A model generated the notes under the pieces. It did not search any database, was not told where the DNA came from, and saw only the letters and a program-made list of their open reading frames with translations. Positions 12,471 through 24,800 of a DNA stretch of 63,944 nt are shown here, piece after piece. The DNA is from Rhynchobatus australiae (Eukaryota): NCBI GenBank assembly GCA_034780895.1, contig JAUZTB010000098.1:81293463-81357406 (forward strand). The letters are read 5' to 3'. Made by a program: the position numbers and the translations under genes. Within the stretch, counting starts at the first letter, position 1, and each line of letters opens with the position of its first letter.

Positions 12471-14084
12471 ACACTACCACTACTGTGTAGCTTGATAATA
12501 ATTTAGATAACTTTCTGCTCCCTTCTCTTTTTAAGCCATTTAATCGCTGTGTGTCAGAAGAGGCTACAGCAATTGGCATTGTCAGGTCCTGCTAGTAGGG
12601 CACAATGCCACTCTTATTGTCCACACACTGCCCTAGGGATTAACAATAATAACCAAAACCAGAAACTATACAAATATCTATTTTGACTACAGCAGATCGG
12701 TCAAGGCCTCCTCTGCCTTATAAGTGATTGTTTTATTTATTTTGGCAATTATTTTACTCTCTCTTTTGTTTGTTCATCTGCAAATGATTTGACCTGCTGA
12801 ACACTGAATATACCAAGACATCCAGATCTCTCCGAGTTCCTACATAGACCTGATCCATTTGCTCTCCACAGAAACAGATAATACATCTCACTTCAAACCC
12901 TGATCTTTCATCAATTAATCTTGAATGTTGACATGGTTTCTGCCTCAAACACTGCAGTTAATCTTGTGTTAACCATGTAATCTTGCAGTTATCTTACAGC
13001 TCTTCATTCTTGATCTCCCAGCTACCGTGTCATGATTCCAGATAGCTTGTCTCAGTCTCTCATAACTTAATGACATCCTTTATATCACCCAGTATTACAC
13101 ATTGTTCAAAGTTAATAAAAAGCCAAATGTAAGCATTTTATCACCATTCAAATTTGGTTTTGCCTGTGGCCATTTTGGCCTGGACTACATTAGTGACCAT
13201 TTTTTAATCCTATGTATTTATATGAACCTGAATTAAATTTCATCCATCATGGTTCCATCCACCCCCTGACCATTGCATCTAATTTACTTTGTAATTTGAG
13301 TATGTTCCCCTTAAGGCAGAGGAACAACAATACAGGTAGAACCTGATACAATGACATGAAATATATAAAAAAGACAAGTCCTAAAGATAACAAGTGGTGC
13401 TTCTTTATATAAAGAGTGCTTAATACCCACAATGGTCTTTTTCGTGTATTAGTGGAAGCAAACTTGCTAATTCCAATAAATACAGTCGAGTACGGTGAAT
13501 GGTTCAATCAGAAGCTATTAAATAGTCTGAATGTCTTCTCTCATCAGTAATTAATAGTGGCATTACCTTATTATTTTGTAATGTCCAGAAGCATGCTATT
13601 CAGCCAGCTAATCTTTGGAGTTGTTTCTGCTCCACAATAACCTACTCCAACCTTACTTCGTCGAACTCTATTCATATCATTCTCTGCTTTTTCATATACT
13701 TATCCAGCTTCTTAAAAGTATCCATACTATTCCCCTCAACTACTCTCTAGTAGCAAAGTCCATATGATCTCTGTAAAGAAAGTACAATGAACTGATTTAT
13801 TCTTGGTTTCTGTTCACTTCTTATACAGAAGATCAACATTTGTTACTGTACCAGCAGATATTTCATAAGAATCCAGAGATGCATCTGATGCATGCAAGGT
13901 ATTTTATCTCTTTGCTCTCTAGAATCAAGTGATAATTTCTCCTTTGTCTATCAATCACACAGCATATTTCTATCACCTCTAATCCTCTCATCTGTGCAGG
14001 CATGTAGAACTTCACTGGAAACACTACTGACCTCCAAGGCAGAGACAAGAAATTATCCTGTATGAGTATCCAGTATTGCAGTGG

Positions 14085-14280
14085 TTAACTAAGTCATCTT
14101 CCCATCCAAGTCACATATTTACCCAATTTGGAAGTGTACTGTTGATTTTTCATCTAACAGGGCAGTGGGAGCACCTGCATTGCTTTCATGAAGTGATTCA
14201 CCAGCTTCTCAAAGACAGTGATGGGCTATAAATGCTGGCTTTCCCCAGGGGTGCTCACATCGCACAAGAGAAAAATAAAA
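14085..14280 (+). mobile_element. 3' end of a CR1/L2-group LINE (same family as 56609-57310), decayed
   Basis: ccatccaagtcaca..caccagcttctcaaagacagtgatgggctataaatgctggc..cacatc..aataaaa aligns with 57080-57310. Confidence 0.6.
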
Positions 14281-15079
14281 GAAGATTAATGTAGACATGA
14301 GTGGAAAGACGGCACACTCTGTCCTTTCCGGCAGCCCTCTCTCTGGAAGGCAGAATCCCCACCCAAGTTTTACAAAAACCATTATGTGAAGAATGCTGAA
14401 TTCATCAATGGTCTACTCCAGAAGAGCTCAAATTTATCTAAATCTCTGGTTTATATTTTCCAAGAGGACATTAAGAGGCGCAAGAAAGTGGTTTAGTGAT
14501 GCTTTGCACAGTAAAATTCCTTTTTAAAACTCAAGTATCTCCCTTATACTGAAATGAATTTATGGCAGAATATGTTGTTACCAATGAACAAACACAGAAA
14601 GAACACCCAACATCACAAGACTAATTCACAGGGCAAATTCCTGTGAACACTCAGTCCCAGAATTGCATTCTGCTCGGCACATTTATCCCCTGCTTCCTGT
14701 TTTTGAGTAGGGGCATCTGCTGGGTGACTCTGACTCCACCGAGCCCTCCAGACAGACAGTGATATTAATCAGACAATTATATCAAAGGAGGGACAGACAA
14801 GATTTCACGGCCAGCAAGGTGAATAGCAGGTGAAAGAGAGAAACGGTAGAATGATGAGAGTGTTGGGGCAAAGTGGAGATAGAGAGTGACAAGTGTGAGA
14901 GCGAGAGGGACGAGAGCAAGAAGAGGCCACACCCAGAACAAAGATATATTATCGGAGATACAGAGTTATAAAGATTGGGACAGAGCATTTGAGACTGAAT
15001 TTGGGACCGAGACATACACAAGCACAAAAAGGGAGAGAAAAAGAAAATGACAGAAGAAAATTAATCTCAAATAGAAGCA

Positions 15080-15370
15080 GATTGTCTGAAATTTGACAGT
15101 TCTGCCCTCTTCTCTCTCCCTTTGCGATTTGTAATGTAGTAAAGCAATCTGTTTAAAATAATTCTGGCTCAGCAGCAGATTTATGGTGAAGTTTCAGCAG
15201 AAATTGTAGCTGCTTTAAGAATACTGGTAAGCTAGCTACGGGATGTAAATCTCTGTGGACAGCACAGACGATATCAGCGTTGTTGAAGTATTTACGGTAT
15301 ATGTCAATTCCAGTGCATTTTGTCGGACAGCAGTGTAATCTCTCCCTCGGCTCCTATCCTCGCAGGACAT
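15080..15370. promoter_or_regulatory. Candidate conserved non-coding element (Meis plus Pbx/Hox motifs)
   Basis: Non-repeat segment with retained CpGs; TGACAG at 15094-15099 and AGATTTATGG at 15177-15186. Confidence 0.3.
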
Positions 15371-15899
15371 CTGCTCCAAGTAAATGTCAAAAACATAGTG
15401 CAGATATGATTCACATTGGTCCTACACTGTCACATTTGGCTTGCGTCTGTGAAATGGCTGTAAGTAGTGAAACATCCTGCTTCTAGCGTTCATTTTAACC
15501 CTTTTGCCCATACAGTACCAGAAGTAAATTTCATCTGATTCCTATTTGTTATTCCTTTTCCCGTCTGCTGCCTCAGTGGGGAAAAGAAACCACCCACGTG
15601 CTTCAGCACTGGATCACTCTTATTGCTTCATATACACAAGTTACTGGATGACACAGTCCCAGCCCAAAAGGTGCCCTGCTTGTCATTTTGGAAATTTAGG
15701 AGGCCATGAAGTGCTTGAAAGTTGATTGGTACCTGGCCCAACATGTTCTCTATGCTGGATTATTTCTCTAAAGGTGACAGGAAACAGAACTAGGCCTTCA
15801 GTAGAACACCAATTGCCCTCGCAGAAACTGGTACATGCAAGGTTCTTCCAACTAAAGAAAAAGTTATTTCTCACTAGATGTGTTCACGAACCACAAGCC

Positions 15900-16735
15900 A
15901 TTTATCCTTGATATATCAAGATTCCCGCATCCCTATCCTTTCTTTTTCAATCTTTTCATTAGTTTTCAAATCGATACAGATTAATATATGGCATCAATGT
16001 TTGTACATGTATTACAAAGAGATCAGGATAAGAATCATGGCATAGATAATCATAAAGAACAAAAAAAATTTTAAAAATCTGTAGATCCAATGATCTCAGT
16101 AATGAATCTAATATAAAAGGAAAGAAAAAGATTTATTATATACATTTTAAAAAAGAAAAAGAAAAAATCAATAAGAAAAAAATATAAACAATATAAGCTA
16201 AACTAAACAAAAAAAACTAAAAAAACAAACAAAAAAAAGAAAAAGAAAGACTGGACTAAAATTTCTCAGTAGAAACAGAACAACATCATGTTGTCAACTC
16301 TGTTCCTCTAAGTTGGAAAGTTATTGAAAGGGGATCTATTTGTGAAAATATTGAATAAATGGACTCCAAATGTCATCAAATTTAAGCGAAGCATCAACAG
16401 TACCACTCCTAATTTTTCCAAGTTTAAACATGGTACAGTTTGAGATCACATCCCTATCCTAATGGATGCAAAGTTAGTTTACCCATTACTCCTGAATTCA
16501 CTGGCTTACATTGGTTGTTTTATGGTGATGGCATGATTTTACTATTCTCTTCCTTGCACGAATAAACACTCCATGGTCTTGCTGCTCCCCACCCCTATAA
16601 TTTCCTCCTGACTTATAACCTGAGACTACTGTGTGATCTAGCCTTGTGCAACCTTGAGGTTCTCCCATTGTTGCATGTACCCCAGTTCCCTAGACTTCAT
16701 AATTTATGCCACAAATCTTTTAGCTTCTCTCTCAT
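15900..16735 (+). mobile_element. L2 LINE 3' relic interrupted by an L1 insertion
   Basis: acccattactcctgaattcactggcttacattgg (PITP..LHW motif) and ctccatggtcttgct (LHGLAP motif) are typical of the L2 ORF2 C-terminus. Confidence 0.55.
15940..16448 (-). mobile_element. L1/Tx1-group LINE, 5'-truncated 3' end with 12-bp TSD
   Basis: Reverse strand encodes CLNLEK(fs)IRSGTVDASLKFDDIWSPFIQYF, then a T-rich 3' UTR and A-tail. CATCCCTATCCT is duplicated at 15928-15939 and 16449-16460. Homologous to 55938-56604. Confidence 0.85.
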
Positions 16736-16754
16736 ATCCATATTTCTTCTGACA

Positions 16755-17035
16755 TGACCAGAAGACATTTGGCCCAATGAATCTATGCCGGCATTCAAAG
16801 CAATTGTATCAATCCAATTGCCCCCATTATTTCCCAGGAACCTGTTCCCCCTCATACACCCATCAACATCTCTGACTCTCAAGGCACCCACCTACCCCAG
16901 AAGGAAGGTGGCCAGTTGTATGTCTTTGTACCAGCTACCATCTTGCATGTCTTTGGAAGGTGGGAGGAAACCAGAGCACCTGGGGGAAACCCATGAGGTC
17001 ACAGGAAGAACATGCAAACTCCACACCGATTGTAC
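16755..17035 (-). mobile_element. V-SINE, decayed
   Basis: gtctttggaaggtgggaggaaaccagagcacctgggggaaacccatgaggtcacaggaagaacatgcaaactccacac, the V-domain reverse complement. Confidence 0.8.
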
Positions 17036-17619
17036 CTCCTTTACAATGCTCCTTAGTAGCTACCTCTCTGCCTACACTTTTGGTCTGTTCTGTTAATATC
17101 CTCATGTGTGGCTGGGTGTTAGATTTTCCCTGTAAAGTCTCCTATGAAACAGAATGGGAGCTCAACATCTGCTGAAGGTGTATGGCTGAATTACAGGGCA
17201 CTTCAGTTCTTGATAACTTGGTGCTCCCCACTAGCCTTGCACATTTGCAACATTTATCCTTACAGATGGAATTTATTGCAAGAAATAATTATACTCAGGA
17301 GAAGAGCAATAGGAAACCAGCAGTCAAATCTAAAAACAGCACTGACTTTGACCACTTCACATAAAACTGTAAAGGTTCTTCTTTCTAGAGCATATTTTGT
17401 ACACGGTCCCACAAATAGTGAGAGTGCCCATTCAAAGGCTAGTGCACTGAATTTTCCAGTTTTTTTTTTGCACAGAGCTCTCTAGTACCTAGCAAGGGCT
17501 GACTCATGACTGTATGGGCCAGTGACCCACAGGTTACATCTCAGAGGCATCTCAAATCAGACTGGGTCAGAGAACAACCTCTGCAGTTGGTTGGCTCCTC
17601 AGAGAGACTTCAATTCTTC

Positions 17620-18350
17620 CTCAATAGCTTTCAGCTCCTTGACCCCGTTGTAGGTCAGCATTTACAGAGGCTGACCTCGAGCAGTGGCACATCTGTGGCA
17701 CATCACTAGACTTGCCATCTCACAGCTTTAGTGACCTAGTCTCAATCCTGGCCTCCAGCACGGTCTGCGTGGAGTTTGCACATTCTCCCTGCGACCAAAT
17801 GGTTTCCTCTGGGTGCTCCAGTTCCCTCCAAGATCAATAAGATGGACTGCTACGTTAATTGGCCACTGTAAATTGCTCCCGATGTGTGGGTGAGTGGTAC
17901 AATTGGGGAGAGAGTCGATGAGAATGTGGGGAGAATAAAGTGGGATGAGTTCAAATGGGTGCCTGATGATGGCACAGACTCCATGGGCCAAAGAACCTAT
18001 TTCTGTTTCGTATGACCTACAGCTCTATTGGCAGCCTCTGAGAGGAAGACCTACTCCTTTCCAGATTTAGTGGCCACCCATTAGCAGTGGCAGTGAAAGG
18101 GACCATGAGTCTCAGCTCGGGTCCAGAGTATTCCAGGGCATAAGTGGCATACTTCCTGGATCACCCACTTGACTAAGCCCGAATTTAAATGACACCTCCT
18201 ACTGCCATGTCCCCTTTTGCCATCATTCCTTGATGGGCCAGCTCCACTTCACTCTGCTGGAGAGCACAGGGTGAACAAGCATGACTTGCTGCAGGGCAAA
18301 AATGTCTGACATCCTAAGGTGCCGCAAGGCAGCGGTCAAAAGTGCATGGA
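17620..18350 (+). mobile_element. PIF/Harbinger (HARBI1-like) transposase N-terminal relic, interrupted by a V-SINE
   Basis: Read across frameshifts: QHLQRL [SINE] EEDLLLSRFSGHPLAVAVKGTMSLS / SRVFQGISGILPG / HPKVPQGS..CMD. This resembles the HARBI1-family pattern QCxRRL..GHxLPVAVKVT.AL.F.ASGSFQ...GD..G..FPxVxGxIDCTH. Confidence 0.55.
17682..18020 (+). mobile_element. V-SINE, near full length
   Basis: Head tcacagctttagtgacct..tcaatcctg, V-domain ggagtttgcacattctccctgcgacc..ggtttcctctgggtgctccagttcc and a CR1-like tail catgggccaaagaacct. Confidence 0.8.
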
Positions 18351-19427
18351 TTTACTCGACTGTTATGACCAAAGTTCCACAGATTTAGATAATTTATTGA
18401 AAGAAGAAGAAATCATCTCAATTACCGGTAACATCAATTGACTCATGTTGAAGATGGATTCCTCCTGTGTCGTTAATCATGTTCAGGGCGAGAGGAAGGC
18501 CTGGAAGTATGTCATAGAGTTTCTGTTGCCCCTCAATTAAAATTCCTTTCACTGAGGGGCTCTGAAATACTTCACTTGTGTCCAGCTGACTACAGCTCAG
18601 AGAGGACCATGGCTTCCAATATTGCCTCCCCACTGTTGTTCCAGCCACTGACTGCTCTTGCTTCATTGTGAACTGTGAGTCATAAAGTAGAAGTTCAGCT
18701 GGACATTTAACTGGACCCACAGAGGTGCAAGGATCTGTAGTGGTGCACAGTAGCCAGCTGACTTCAGTGATTTAGGAACTGTTAATGTAAACATGAAAAC
18801 CCAGGAAGTGCTGGCTAGGTTAGATGGGCATATTGCGGACCCAGATGGTACAATCGTACAGGAATGTTTAAAGCCCAAAGAAGTTCCCCCAAGGAGATAG
18901 TTAAAAAAACAGAGTGAAATATTTATTGTGGATTCAGAACAATCAAGGGCTGCACCTTTAATGATCTAACCAGGTCCAGAAAGTTAAAATGAAGTTTATA
19001 TGACTGAGTATTGTTTTGCATGCAGGTCAGTGATAATCTAATTTAGTGACCAGCTGGCTCTAACTCTGGTAAATGGCAATACTGATACATCACTGATCAC
19101 CATCCCTGCAACCTGTGTGTGCAATGACTTAAAGTGGGACTAGGAGTCAGGAAAGGCGTACACTACAGAAGTTGGAGAATACGCAACTGCATTCAGTCCT
19201 AGATGAAACATTAAATTAGGTCTTTCTCTGAAGCTAGGAGCAAAGTGCCTTTTTTCTATTGCTTATATCTTGAGCAATCTCCAATCATGTCTTCTTGGTG
19301 CCACTAGATTCCTCCTTCTAACTGCTGGCAAAGAATAACTTCCTCCAGTCATACTATGCACAGCAGTGCATTGATTAATGTGATGTATTGATAATATTCA
19401 TAATAACCCTCCCAAACTTCTTATTAA

Positions 19428-20010
19428 AGTCAGAGTTCTACAGCAATGGAAACAGGCTCTTTGGCCCAACTGATCCATGGCAACCAAGATGCCCCATCTA
19501 AGCTAGTCCCATTTGCCAGTGTTTGGCTCATAATCTTCTAAATCTTTCCAATCCATGTACCTGTCCAACTTTCTTTTAAAAGTTGTTATTGTACCTGCCT
19601 CAGCCACTTCCACTGGCAGCTCATTCCACATAGATACCACCCTTTGTGCAAAAAAAGTTGCCCCTCAAGTTCCTATTAAATCTTCCCCTCTCACCATAAA
19701 CCAATGCCCTCTTGATTCCCCAAGCCTGGGAAAAAGACCAAGTCATTCATCCTATCTATGCCCCTCATGATTTTATATACCTCGATAAGATCACCTCTCA
19801 ATCCCCTATGCTCCAAGGAATAAAGTTCTAGCCTGTCCAACTTCTCCCTATAACTTAATCCCTCAAGTCTTGGCAATATCCTTGTAAATCGCTCCTGAAT
19901 TTCCAGTTTAATAACACCTTTCCTATAGCAGGGCGACCAAAACTGAACACGATACTCCAAGTGTAGCCTCACCCTCATCCTGTAGAACTGCACCATGATC
20001 TCCTAACTTT
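19428..20010 (-). mobile_element. CR1 LINE 3' fragment
   Basis: ORF 19691-19996 reads VRLHLEYRVQFWSPCYRK..QERFTRILP..LSYREKLDRLELYSLEHRGLRGDLIEVYKIM; the 3' UTR follows. Confidence 0.92.
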
Positions 20011-20187
20011 TGTTAAACTGTATTAAATCTCCTCTTCTGCAGTGGAAATATTATTTGTATCTCAAATGTCTTTTCATAATAATAGATGTTCATTTCCAGT
20101 ATTTTGCTGGAATTTAGAAATGATTCTGTCCCGTTGAATGTCCTTTCAGCCTGATTCATACCTAGTGGCTCACAAACTCAAGATCTT

Positions 20188-20441
20188 CCCTGGCTGTCTG
20201 TCATGCCATCTGCTCTGCAGTGGTAAGGCCACTCTCATTTATCTTTGGCTTGTTTGGTGCAGTTNNNNNNNNNNNNNNNNNNNNNNNNNNNNNNNNNNNN
20301 NNNNNNNNNNNNNNNNNNNNNNNNNNNNNNNNNNNNNNNNNNNNNNNNNNNNNNNNNNNNNNNNCCCTGGCTGTCTGTCATGCCATCTGCTCTGCAGTGG
20401 TAAGGCCACTCTCATTTATCTTTGGCTTGTTTGGTGCAGTT
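20188..20441. other. 77-bp exact duplication across a 100-N gap (assembly artefact)
   Basis: 20188-20264 is identical to 20365-20441. Confidence 0.85.
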
Positions 20442-21364
20442 ATCACACTGCAGCCAATTCCAACATCTCAACACAGGAGTCTCATCTCCTTGAAAAACCA
20501 TCTATGGTTAAGCTGCTGCAAAATACTCCAGATGACATTATACAATGTGTGACCACATCATGCCCATTGCCACACATAATACTAAACCCAGAGATAACAT
20601 AATAGTACCTGTCAAAATATCACACACAGATGTGTTAACATTTCTTCTGTGTTTCAAAGTTGATATCGCAACTCCGCCTCCCTCCAAACACATGTGGCAA
20701 TTATTATCAGGGGCCTAGATTCTCTTTGCTATGTGTTTCTTATAAAGAGCATGTGCTTTGTTTGCAACATATACTGACAGCATTCATGCCTTACCTGGCA
20801 TGGCCACATCATTAGCAAATGGGGAAGATTACTTTGGACTTGCATTTTTATTGATATCATAAGATGGTGAAACTGGAAGTAAATGCTGGATTGAAGGAAT
20901 CTTTCTGCAATTTGCTACAATGTAAGTACCAAATTCTTTACCCATCCACCCACTTCAATAATCAGACGGGTGGATCGAAATAGGAAACAATCCATTCCAA
21001 GTACAGGCAGAGTTCAGAAATAAATGCCTAATAACCCAATGGATTATAGATTCAGTTGTGCACTGTACTTGATGTACTTTTTTGTGGCCTTTCTAAATAC
21101 TCTCACAGTATTAAATGGATGAGTAAACTCACTGACTGACGCAATAATTGCTCTAAACAGAACGCTGTGGCTTATTTGTAATTACTCATTTCCCTTGTGC
21201 TAAATACCAATGTTATGTTGAAGTCAATCATTCATAACAAGATCCAAGGGCTCACATTTTTCAGCCAATTCATGTCTACCTCACAGCTTGATCTGGGATC
21301 TCATGTGGACCACAGGAAACCCTCTCTTTGTACACATGAGAATTTTAAATTATGGTGGAGAGGA

Positions 21365-21775
21365 AGGAAAAAGGCTGGCATTTACATAGAGCCTTTTGCA
21401 ACATCACAATCCCCCAAATAATTTTACAGCTAATGAATTGTTACTGAAATGCTAATTATTGTTTTAATGCAAGAAACAGGGCAGCAAATCTGTACACTGT
21501 GAGGTCACATGAACTGTAATATTGCAAATATATCATTTACTTCAGTGATGCTGAGGGATAAATAGTTGCCAGGGATCTTCTGCACTGCTTTGAACTGTGC
21601 CACATCCAAAAGGGAAGAGGGGTCTTTGGATTGAATCATATCTGAAAAATGACATCTTCCATTACAGTCCTACAGTGCAGTGTCAGCATGGATTATATGC
21701 TAAAATTTCTGAATTGGGATTCAACCCACAACTTTCACACTGTAAAGGGCAGAGTGCTACTAACTAAACCACAAT
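21365..21775 (-). mobile_element. Deu-domain SINE, near full length
   Basis: Tail ggcatttacatagagcctttt, Deu core tgctgagggataaat..gccaggga and head tgggatttcaacccacaactttc..gagtgctactaactaaaccac. Confidence 0.75.
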
Positions 21776-21794
21776 GATGCCAAGGAGAAGAAGA

Positions 21795-22378
21795 TTACTT
21801 AATTCTTTAGAAGGTTGAGGAGGTTTGGCATGTCACCGAACACTCTAACAAACTCCGACAGATGTACAGTTGAAAGTACCCTGACTGATTCCATCATGGT
21901 CTGGTATGGCAATTCAAATGCATAGGAATGCAAGAAGTTGCAGAGAGTATGGACCCAATCTAATGCACCATTGGCACATCCATCTCCGCCATTGGTAGTG
22001 TATACATGAGGCTCTGCTTCAAGAAAGCAACATCTGTCAAAGATCCCCACCATCCAGGCCATTTCATCCTCTCACAGCTACCATCGGGCAGGAGGTATAG
22101 AAGCCTGAAGTCCCAGACCACCAGGTTCAAGAACAGATATTTCCCTTCAACCATTTGGTTAACCTGCACAACCCTAATCACTACCTCAGTATATAGACTT
22201 TTTTTTGTTCTAATTGTGCTTGTTCTTGTAAAAATTATGAACAATTTATGATTCATTTATGTTTCTCTTGTGAATGTTGTGTATCTGATGCCATGTGCCT
22301 GTGATGCTGCTGCAAGCAAGTTTTTCATTGCACCTGTGCATACATGTACTTGTGACAATAAACTTGACTTTGATTTTG
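21795..22378 (+). mobile_element. Rex1/Babar-type LINE 3' end
   Basis: FFRRLRRFGMSPNTLTN..CTVES.LT..I.VWYGN, KDPHHPGH..LSQLPSGRRYRSLK..TTRFKN..FP and a tail acaataaacttgactttga. Confidence 0.88.
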
Positions 22379-23024
22379 AAGATGTAACATTTTATGTGGC
22401 AGTCACTTAACTTCTTTAATGTCAATGAATACAAGAAAGAACAAAAGGGGGTTAAATCGGAGAGTTGCTGAAAATATGTCCTGGAATTGTGTTGCTTAAT
22501 TAATTTGCACTCCTTACATCTAATACAAGAAGCACATAAAATTCATTTTCCATCACATGATTCTAGCGTCCATACAATATTTAGAAAACTAAATATTAAT
22601 TGTTGTGGTAAATATTAGTGGGGATCAACTTTATGAGGCTAGCTGGGGATGATTGAAACACTAGCTAGCCCTTAAAGGGGAAGTGTTCATAACCAGAAAC
22701 TTAAACTGAAAGTTATTGCTCAGGTTAGAGAAGGTTGCTTACTGGAAAACAAGGCAGAGCACAAAGAGAGCTGGCATCCTAATTTTATGATCAGATTCTG
22801 GATGAAATGAAGAATTAGACCAAGGCTCAGAAAGCCCACTAAGTCTATACTAAAGCAGGCTGCACTTGAGGAAGGTGCAGATGCAAAGCCCCAAGCACGC
22901 AGATATGGTCTCAAAAGGTTAGTAACCTTATACAAACAACCAAGGGTCATATGCACTACACCATGCAATGCACCGACATCACTCACTTAAAATAATTTCT
23001 ATCATCCAGAATATGCTCAGTTGT

Positions 23025-23200
23025 TTAGTACATTCAAGGCAGAGATTGATAGATTTTGGGATACTTAAGGGATCAGAAGGTATATTGATAAAGCAGGAAA
23101 GTGTGGGCAAGATGGAGGATCATCCATGACATTATTGAATGACAGAGTAAGCTTGAAGGGCTGTGCTCTCTATGTCTGCTTCCGTTTTCTATGTTCTTCT
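23025..23200 (+). mobile_element. CR1 LINE 3' end
   Basis: tacattcaaggcagagattgatagatttt..catgacattattgaatgacagagtaagcttgaagggctg..ttctatgttctt. Confidence 0.7.
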
Positions 23201-23340
23201 GTCCCACCACATCCTCATATACTTTCCAATATAACAAGCCCTGCACTCAAGCCTCCTGCACACTATCTAGCCACAACACACTCATTATACTCTCCCTTTA
23301 AATGCAGAGGGTGCCACCTTACTGGTGCCCTCAGTAGCAA

Positions 23341-23463
23341 ACCATTGAGGAACAAACCTACTTCCATTAGCTCAATAGACTGGAGGAGAATCCTAGCCAT
23401 TATTGGTGCACCAACCATAGCTTCTGTGACAATGATAGTGTAGGGATTATGGAAGATAACAGT
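23341..23463 (+). mobile_element. Probable relic of a Harbinger-associated Myb/SANT ORF (segment after the DNA-binding domain)
   Basis: TIEEQTYFH*LNRLEE / ILAIIG / VGIMEDN resembles the TGGG....LxxxEExVLxIIG segment that follows Myb/SANT domains of Harbinger ORF1-like proteins. Recognised by eye. Confidence 0.35.
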
Positions 23464-23519
23464 ACACTCCAATCGAGTCTGCCTTCCCAGGGCAGCTACA
23501 CACAAATTGCAACTGCAAC

Positions 23520-23745
23520 TTTGGTTGATGTATAAATATTAGTTCAGATACTGGAAAGGACTCTCCATCTTTGCTTTGAAATAGTGTTTCCGTCTACCTG
23601 AGATGACAAGGTACTATTGGTTCGATGACTCTCCTGACAGTGGCATCTCACATTGTGGCACTCTCTCAGCTGGGATTTCATGCCTCTGGAATGGGACTTG
23701 AAGGCACAACCTTCTCACTCAGGGGTATGTTGCTAACTGATCAAT
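23520..23745 (-). mobile_element. Deu-domain SINE fragment
   Basis: tttgaaatagtg..cacattgtggcactctctcagc..ctggaatgggacttgaa..acaaccttctcactcag..ttgctaactga. Confidence 0.6.
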
Positions 23746-24484
23746 ATGGTAACCAATGCTCTGGTTAGCTGGTGGACAGTAGAAGTCCCAAAGATTTTTC
23801 TTTAGGCTTTTGGATTGAAATGCTCATGCTAACAGATACACATGAAACTTTTTCCTCATCTGATTAACAAAGATTTTAACACGTTCATGTTAAAATGTTT
23901 TTCATTCATTAAACACCCAGTTTATGACTTAAATTGTACATCTTGACTCTAACTTATTCCTTTCAAATATGTGGGGCAATTTCCAAATGGCTTATGCACC
24001 ATTTCTTTCAGATGCGCATCTGTTTTCAATCCTCTTAACCATTTTTTTAAATCGTACTCAAGACCAGCTATTAATATCTTTTCATGTTTAATATGACAAA
24101 CTTGTGATTTAGTGGTTATGATGCTGAGCTTTACACTCCATCTGTGGTTACTTAAATTTTGGCTACACCTCGTGCAGAATCAGTCACTACTATAGTAACA
24201 ATCAGACACACACTAGAATCAGAGAATGACACAGTACAGGAGGCAACTATTCGGCCCATTGTACCTGTACCAGCTCTTTGAAAAAAAATCTCCAATTAGA
24301 ATCACTCCCCTTTCCTTTTATCACATTTGAACATGACTAGTGAATCAGTTTTTGCTGTCTTTCTGTACTGCATCAGAGATCATAACCACTTGGTGTGTAA
24401 AAAGGTCCTCCTCATCTAGACCTTTAATATCACCATCCCAAAAGTTGACATGCTACTAAACTACACCAAGCACATGGGAACCAA

Positions 24485-24800
24485 GACTTATGAAGTACCT
24501 TTCACATTTTGTCTTCTCTGTATATCACAAACTATTTCACAGCCAATGAATTTCTATTGAAGTTCAGTCCCTATTTGTACATAGGCAATGCAGCCAATAT
24601 ATGCACAGCAAGGTCCCATATACAGCAAACAAATGTATGAATGGCTAGTCTGTTTTCAGTGCTGCTGGCTGCAGGAAGAAATGTTGGCTTGCAGCTTGGG
24701 AAAACTTACTACTCTGAAAATATATCCATGGGATGTTTTGCATCCTGAAAAGACAGATGGAACCTTCATTCGCAAGAATCTCTGAGAGTGCAATAATGCA
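24485..24800 (-). mobile_element. Deu-domain SINE fragment
   Basis: ttcacagccaatgaa..gcagccaatatatgcacagcaaggtcccata..ccatgggatgtttt..cctgaaaagacagatgg. Confidence 0.65.

Noticed and set aside
12440-12471. tRNA T-arm-like hairpin GCCGG-TTCGATA-CCGGT followed by ..CGCCA
   Set aside because: No D-arm, anticodon arm or 7-bp acceptor stem at the proper spacing. The same bases are better explained as the exon end and GTGAGT donor.
14820-15060. GA-rich tract
   Set aside because: Low-complexity sequence with no clear period or family identity.
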